Source: Octopus sinensis
Taxonomy: Eukaryota
Length of the DNA: 37,587 nucleotides
Direction: 5' to 3'
NCBI RefSeq assembly: GCF_006345805.1
Contig: NW_021835886.1
Span: 1 to 37,587, forward strand
Positions 30,346 through 37,587 of this stretch are shown here, in pieces; position 1 is the stretch's first letter, and the number at the start of each line of letters is the position of its first letter. The notes below the pieces were generated by a model. That model was not told the origin of the DNA. It saw only the letters and a program-made list of their open reading frames with translations, and did not search any database. Both the position numbers and the translations under genes were made by a program.

Positions 30346-33330
30346 AAATGGTGGTTTGCCCTCAAGAGAGCAGTAAAAGCAGAAGCGATTAGGGTACAGC
30401 AAAGCACTAGCCATAGATAGAAATAGAGTAAGGGTGAGCTAGTTAAGAAGCTAGAAGAGCAATTAGAAGCGGCATCGCATCCGACGTTTTGGCGGCGAGG
30501 TTGGCCCTCGACAAACACTTCAACGCCAAACACGAGGATGTGCTGTCAGAGCTAGAGATGCGTGCTCTAAGGAACGAAGGTGTTGGAGCCGCGAGAGAGG
30601 CCCGGGTGGCAGAGCGCAACAGGGCAACAAAGCCACCATTCGGTCACTGGTAGATGAACAGGGGCTAATTGCTCGAGCCAAGTAAAATGTGTGAGGCCTT
30701 TCAGCAGCATTTTGCCCGACTGTTCGGAACGAGTGGAGGGCAAGAACGTAGGGTGGACTTCAGTGCCTACCTACATAGCCTACCACGACTCTCGACAAGA
30801 AAGGCAGGGTGCTGCGAAGGTGCCATCACGGCGGCGGAAGTGCGGGAGCGATGGCAGAATGCTCGAGGGACAAATCACCGGGTTTGGATGGTCTACCCTA
30901 CGAGCTTTACAATTGTATGCCAGACTTGTTTGGAGATCTCTGGCGGCGGTTGTACTGCAACTGGCAGCAAAACGGGGAGCATTCCTGGTTTTGTGAGCCG
31001 AGGAGCCGTAACACTGCTGAAGAAGATAGAAAGATCTAAACGGGAAATGTAATAGATAACTTTAGGCCCATCACTCTGCTTAATGCAGACTTGAAAATTT
31101 TGGCCAGGTGCTAGCCAAGAGGTTGGCGCTTGTCATCGAGAAACTGGTCGACAAGGCGCAAACATGCGCCGTGCCAGGCCGGACCATCCATGACAACCTC
31201 CATCTGATGCGCTACATCATAGACAGGGTAGTTACGAACCTGGCATGGGTGGGGCCCCTGATCAACTTGATCAATCAAAAGCCTTTGATAGGGTAGACCA
31301 TCGATACTTGGAGGCAGTCCTGAGAGCGGCTGGTTTCGGTCCCGTCTTCCGCGGCTGATACTGCCTTGTACAGAGGATCCGTTCGGTAATTCGCGTAAAT
31401 GGGACATCTATCGAGACCATTTCGACATTGCACGTTCGGTCCGTCAGGGATGCCCCTCTCGGCGCTTCTATACGTATTGACTTTGAGCCACTACTGCGGA
31501 AGCTGGCGACTCTAAGGGCATCCCGCGAGAATTGGGATGCGGGACGAGCGTGTCTGCATACGCGGACGACGTCACCGTCATAGTGTCTAGCCACGAGCAC
31601 ATCGAGCTGGTCGGCGAGACACTGAAAAACTACGAAAGCGGTGACAGGAGCGAAAATCAACCGGGAAAAGTCAGTGGGCTTGCGACTAGGCACCTGGAGA
31701 AGCAAGCCCATGCCGTCCACCAGCGCCTCCGTCGTGGGACGCTGGACCGACGGACCGGTTGAGTTGCTCGGGGTCTGGTTTGGTCCGGACCTCCAAGTGG
31801 AGAAGAACTGGAACGAGATAACGAGTAGGGTGGTCACTCGCCCGGCAATGGGCCGAGAGAAACTGTCCCTAAAAGGTCGAGCGGAGGTGGCGAAACAAGT
31901 ACATCGCGTCCGTCATCTACTACCGCCTGACCCGTCGTACCTTGTCCCGACCCTACCATCACCAAAAACTACAACGCATCCTCTTTCGCTTTTGTGGAAA
32001 GGATGCGTCCCGATGTGCAGGCGATCCATTTGCTGTCAACACCCTTAAAAGGGGGCTGGCATGCCGTGGTTGATGATTGCGCAGACACGCGCTGAGACTG
32101 CGACATCTCTGGCTCTATGTAGACGACGGTGAACAGGTGTGGTCGCCGTTTGTGAGGCACGCTTTCCCGCAGCTCGTCTCCATGACCGAACTGCACAGTC
32201 GTGGATCAAAGAGGCCGAGGAAGGGCGAATGGCACCGCGAGTGTCGCGTTGCTCTCAAGCAACTCTGCCGTCCTGGGTCGACCTTAAGTGACTTCAACAC
32301 AACCAAAGCATTCTATAGGGGTTTAGTGGAGGGGAGGTACGACGACGAGCTCGGGGCGAACCTGGACGTCGACGAGGAGTACCTGACCCGCCTGTTCGGG
32401 ACGACTTTCGGGCCAGGGCCCATGGACAACTTCCAGAGATCCCTGGCCTTGCAGTGCTACCGAGAAGCGCTACCCGTCGGGATAAGCTCTACAGACACGG
32501 CTCGAGAAACACGGGGCCGACCTGCCCGAGATGCGGTCAGAGCGACGAAACCGTTCTGCACGCACTCGTTCAGTGTCCAACAATTTCCGACCTGTGGGCT
32601 TATGTCGAACAACTGCTGTCACGTGTGGGCCGAGTCGGTTTATCAGCTGAGTCTATCGTCATATTTCACGCCTCCTTCCTTCAAACGGAAGGAAGAGCTA
32701 TTTTCATCATCCTTGTGGCTATGGCGAAAGAATGTATCTGGTGGACGCGTCTGAAAGGATTGGAGACAAACACTTTCCTCTCTGGTCAATCTCTCATCAA
32801 CTTCTTCAAGTACCACTTGAAAAGGAAAGTGAGAGTAGAGAGGCAAGTTTTGTCTAGCGAATGTTTAAAAAAAGATGGGTGAATGTCGCAAGAATGGCAC
32901 GTATGAATGACGAAGCCACCTTGAGCATAGTCTATGAACCCAGAAATCGAAAACAGAGAGTTGCTTATTTGCAAAAAAAAAAAAAAAAAAAAAAAGAAAT
33001 AAATAAAATTTGACTTCATTGACCGAGGTTACCGTGGTCTTTTCCGCAGGCTTTTCTTTCGGGTAAACCTCACCTGTCCTCCCCTTTACACTTCATATTG
33101 ACATTTCTGATGATACGATCCCTATTGATCATTTTTTTTTCCTCTCCCCCCCCTTTTTTTTTTTTAACCCCCCTTATTTTGTCCTCTTTCTCTCTCTTTT
33201 ACGATCCCTTGATCGAACTCCCCTTCCTTTTTTCTTTTTTTTTTTTTTTTTTTTTTAATACCTCAAAAAGAAAGCTCTACCTTGTAATTTGTTCTATCTG
33301 TGTGCAGCCCGTGTGGCTAATAAGAAACAT
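30346..33330 (+). mobile_element. Tx1/L1-clade LINE, 5'-truncated ORF2 with RT and CCHC, many frameshifts (copy 3)
   Basis: KSPGLDGLPYELY, FRPITLLNADLKI, KAFDRVDH, VRQGCP, AYADDVT, CPRCGQSDETVLHALVQC; 3' UTR with AATAAGAAAC and (ATCT)n. Confidence 0.95.
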
Positions 33331-33351
33331 ATCTATCTATCTATCTATCTA

Positions 33352-33411
<60 letters not shown>

Positions 33412-33518
33412 TCGATCTATCTATCTATCTATTTGTCTGTATATCTATCTATCTATTATATATCTATCTATCTATCTATCTATCTATCTCTCTACTATCT
33501 ATCGATCTGTCTGTCTGT

Positions 33519-33558
<40 letters not shown>

Positions 33559-33571
33559 TCTATTGTCTGTA

Positions 33572-33611
<40 letters not shown>

Positions 33612-33669
33612 GTCTGTCTGTCTGTCTGTCTGTCTGCCTGTCTGCCTGCCTGCCTGCCTGCCTGCCTGC

Positions 33670-33726
<57 letters not shown>
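33331..33726. repeat. Compound (ATCT)/(GTCT)/(GCCT)n tetranucleotide array
   Basis: Directly visible, immediately 3' of Tx1 copy 3. Confidence 0.95.
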
Positions 33727-34556
33727 CGAGCATATATAAAATCTTATAAAGATTTTATCCTTGACTATTAAATTAATAAATATAAATTGCTCCGACCAGA
33801 ATATTCACTGCGGTATTATTTTCGGTCGTATAAGCAAGTGTTGAGGTGGATAAATTAGATGTAGCTCGTATATAAATGTGAACATTTGTATATATGATTA
33901 TGGATACGCGATATTCGTATTGACATGTATAAATGTTTATAATTATGTACAATTGGTCAAACTATACTGATAAAAATAAGAGATTTTAAATGTCTAAACC
34001 AGAAATCGATCTATACTTAAACCTCTTTTAAGAAATTTGATTTATTCACTGTCCTCGTTTTCGATCCGTGCTAATGGAGCAAACAACTGTAGTTCTTAGA
34101 GCCATTTGGCGTCTATTTCTAGCGTGTGGTGCTATTCATTAGTGTCCTTATCATTATAATTATATTTCTATAATTATATATACTCGTATTAATTATTACC
34201 TATATAGTTCATTACATGATTGCTACTTATTAAAATCTTATAAAGATTTTATCCTTGAATATTAAATGTATATATTTACACACAACGGTATTTTTCTCTC
34301 ATGAGCAAATGGGAAGCAAACTATCTCTTTAACTTGGAATAAACTGTAGATTCCCCCGAGGAGAAACGAAACCATATTGGTTAAGTTTCGAAATCACGTG
34401 ATAGGGTTTTATCAAACTACTCCATTCTGTGAGTTCTATCTCGTTGGAGACAGATGTTGTGGCTTGCCACTGGCAGTCCCTTTGAACATCTCATGACGTT
34501 AGTGATTTTTGTCTGGTTATTTGAGTTATACTTTTTAGCTCCCATTTCTCTCTCCT

Positions 34557-34670
<114 letters not shown>

Positions 34671-34781
34671 TACTTCCCCAGTATGGAATTCAATATTTCA
34701 CAATATAGGTAAAGAAATTTGAGAGATTTGAAAAGAAAATACGAACCGGCTATTTTTCCAAAACAATGTTACTATACTGTA

Positions 34782-35150
34782 GGCACAGGAGTGGCTGAGT
34801 GGTAAGTAGCTTGCTTACCAGCCACATAGCACCTTAGGCAAGTGTCTTCTACTATAGCCTAGGGCCGACAGAAGCCTTTTGAATGGATTTGGTCGACGGA
34901 AACTGAAAGAAGCCTGTCGTATATATGTATATATATGTTTGTGTGTGTAGATGTTTGTTTCTGTGTTTGTCCCCCAACATCATTTGACAACCGTTGGTGG
35001 TGTGTGTATCTTAGCGGTTCGGGAAAAGAGACCGATAAAATAAGTACTAGGCTTACAAAGAATAAATTCTGGGGTCGATTTGCTCGACTAAAGGCGGTGC
35101 TCCAGTATGGCCACAGTCAAAATGACTGAAACAAGGAAAGAGTAAAAGAG
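34782..35150 (+). mobile_element. SINE family B copy with internal deletions
   Basis: GGCACAGGAGTGGCTGAGTGGTAAG...AATGACTGAAACAAGGAAAGAG. Confidence 0.85.
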
Positions 35151-36239
35151 AGAGTATAAGCAAAATTTTATAACATTTTTCTGACAAATTATTTAAATAT
35201 ATTTTTTAACCATATAACACAAGCTTTCTGTAGTTTTTTCACTCTCGTTTGTCTTATATATATATATATATATATATATATAATGGACACAGGCCTCTGT
35301 CCCTTTTCGAGCTTAGAAGTTTTACCACAACGTGCGGTTAACTCGAACCTACTATAAAATACACTTGTCCAAGATGCTGAGATTTGTCATCGAACCTGCA
35401 ACCATGAGGCAGAAAAGAACATTTTTTAACCTCACAGCTATGTCTGCGCCTATATATCTGTATATCTATGGGACCCGTCTATGGTAGAATGTAACGTATT
35501 TATAATCATTCAAGAGTGAACTTCTTCAACGTACATTGATGAATGGTGGAAGGCGAAGGAAGAAACTTGTAGAGGTTACAGAGTACACGAAGAATTATTA
35601 TCACGAAACAAATGTTCTTGTTCCCAAGGATAAGACAAATAACGTAATTAACGTAATGCATGTAAAATATATTAGATCTATGTAATCAGTAAGGAATGAT
35701 ATATAAGAAAAGAAAAGAAAGAAAAGAAAAAGAAAAGAGGGGGGAGGTGGAGAGAAATGTGAGTGGGAAAGAAATATTGGTAAACTAGGAAATGGAAGAA
35801 TTAATGGAATACATCAAAGCACGTAAGGAAATGAGTACAGACAATGAAGAATTACTCGTCAGAGTTTTTGCAGAAAAGAAAAAGAAAAATGGTCCAATAA
35901 ATAAAAAAAAAACAGGAAAAAAGGAACAGAAATTTCGTATGAATCCTTCTTCTTCCATTGTCACACCATAATAACGTCCCATTAGCCAACTTAATCTTTC
36001 AGAGCATTTAAATAAATAACAGGGACACCGTCTAATATGTTAATAAAGTAAATATTTTCGTAAACAAATGACCAAATAGATTGCAATGTCAGATAGTATA
36101 AAGTTTGCGCATTTTATTCTTTTTTTTTCTTTGCTTTTATTATTTTTCTTTGCTTTGTCTTTTGTGTTCTTGATTTACGATGGACAAATTACAAAGTAGA
36201 AAGAAAGGCATGACACGCGTGCTTACCTGCTGCACGTGC

Positions 36240-36252
36240 ATATACATGCATA

Positions 36253-36323
<71 letters not shown>

Positions 36324-36472
36324 ATATATATATATACACACACACATTACTCTTGAGGAATGCATGCACTCCTTGTTGATTCCGACTTATCCAATTACCA
36401 TACATTAATTTTTATATACATATACATATATACATATTTATATTACATATTATATATATATCTATAAATATT

Positions 36473-36519
<47 letters not shown>

Positions 36520-36840
36520 TCATGTATATACATATATTTATATACGTATATATATTTATATATATGCATATATATATATATACATCTATACATTTGCATA
36601 TACTTGTATGTATATAATATATTTAATAAAATACATGTACATATATATATGTATATATATATGTATATATATATATATCTTTATACATATATAATACATA
36701 CATACATATACACATACAGAAATATGTATATACACATATATATAACATACATACATACATACATACATACATACACATATACATATATATATACACACAC
36801 ACACACACATATATATATATGCACACACACACATCTACAC
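36240..36840. repeat. Compound (ATCT)/(TA)/(CA)/(ATAC)n microsatellite field
   Basis: Directly visible; similar (TA)/(CA) fields lie at ~2040-2770, 22070-22340 and 24340-24740. Confidence 0.95.
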
Positions 36841-37587
36841 ATAATAAATCCCTATAAAAGCACTCTTTATCGCCGAAGATATTTACTGTGACTTGACTTT
36901 AAATCAGTGCATGAACGAATGGGTTATTTTGAGTTTCATGAAAAAAGGAAAAAGAAGTCATCGCGTAATATGAATACATGAATTATTACCAATTGAATAG
37001 CGTGAACCTGCTTTGCTTCCGTCGTTAATGGATTTAACAAATAGCTGCTGGGTCAATTATTTGCTCTTCATTCAGGCTATGCACACATAACGGAGACTAA
37101 ACCCAATAGTACAGCCAACGAAACATTCAAATAAAGCATGCTTCTGCTTCTCTCAGTACAGAAAATTTATCTAATCGTAGGATATTGCTATTAGAATCAA
37201 GATTTTGTTTAGTATTCGACACTGAAAAAGGACCTGTAATGATAAAATATGAGGTTGGTTGGTTGGCAGAAGAAAAGCAATTTGTGTGAGGTCCAAATAA
37301 TTATTAATCGCTTAAAACATACGATGTCGATGCGACGATGACAGAAAGAAATATATTTACTCCCAGTGAGTCAGTTTGTGTGTGTTTGTGGAAGATGAGT
37401 GTATTACGAGAGTAGATTATAGTAGTCGCTGCATTCCGTAGTCTCTGTAGGTGCAGTAAGTACCTGCAGCAAATGCACTTAGCTGTGTTATGGTGACTCG
37501 TCAGGTACCAGAAAGACCATCTATACACAAACAACGTTCACTGAAAAGCGCCAAAGACAAAATCATTAATGACATTCCAATGTGTTG

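Noticed and set aside
35791-35970. 59-aa plus-strand ORF MEELMEYIKARKEMSTDNEELLVRVFAEKKK...
   Set aside because: Short, partly A-run derived, with no splice or homology support.
37304-37534. Cys-containing minus-strand ORF or EGF-like fragment (ERCLCIDGLSGT*)
   Set aside because: The EGF-like frame stops immediately and no consistent exon phase could be built.

Overview
Eukaryotic, AT-rich, very repeat-dense animal DNA. The SINE/LINE/microsatellite make-up suggests an octopus or other coleoid cephalopod (inference, not verified). Almost all ORFs in the six-frame track are microsatellite or retroelement artefacts. Reading the sequence reveals one real-looking spliced gene on the minus strand that the ORF track only shows in pieces. 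Its four coding exons (11851-11800, 7394-7208, 6506-6385, 2008-1802) have canonical GT/AG sites and matching phases. They encode at least 189 aa: signal peptide, compact C-type-lectin-like domain, PAN/Apple-like domain. The rest is mobile DNA: three tRNA-derived SINE families (labelled A, B, C here only), Tx1/L1-clade, RTE, R4/Dong-type and CR1-like LINE fragments, Penelope-like ends with hammerhead-like motifs, a non-autonomous Helitron, MITE/foldback elements and an interstitial TTAGGG tract. The most unusual items are: a 51-bp-TIR element wrapping a tRNA-Thr-like Pol III unit (4466-4655); a SINE family sharing its 3' end with the Tx1-like LINE; an RTE insertion with twin-priming-type 5' inversion geometry; and an R4/Dong cluster inside a (TAA)n field. 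All translations and alignments were done by eye; no database searches were run.
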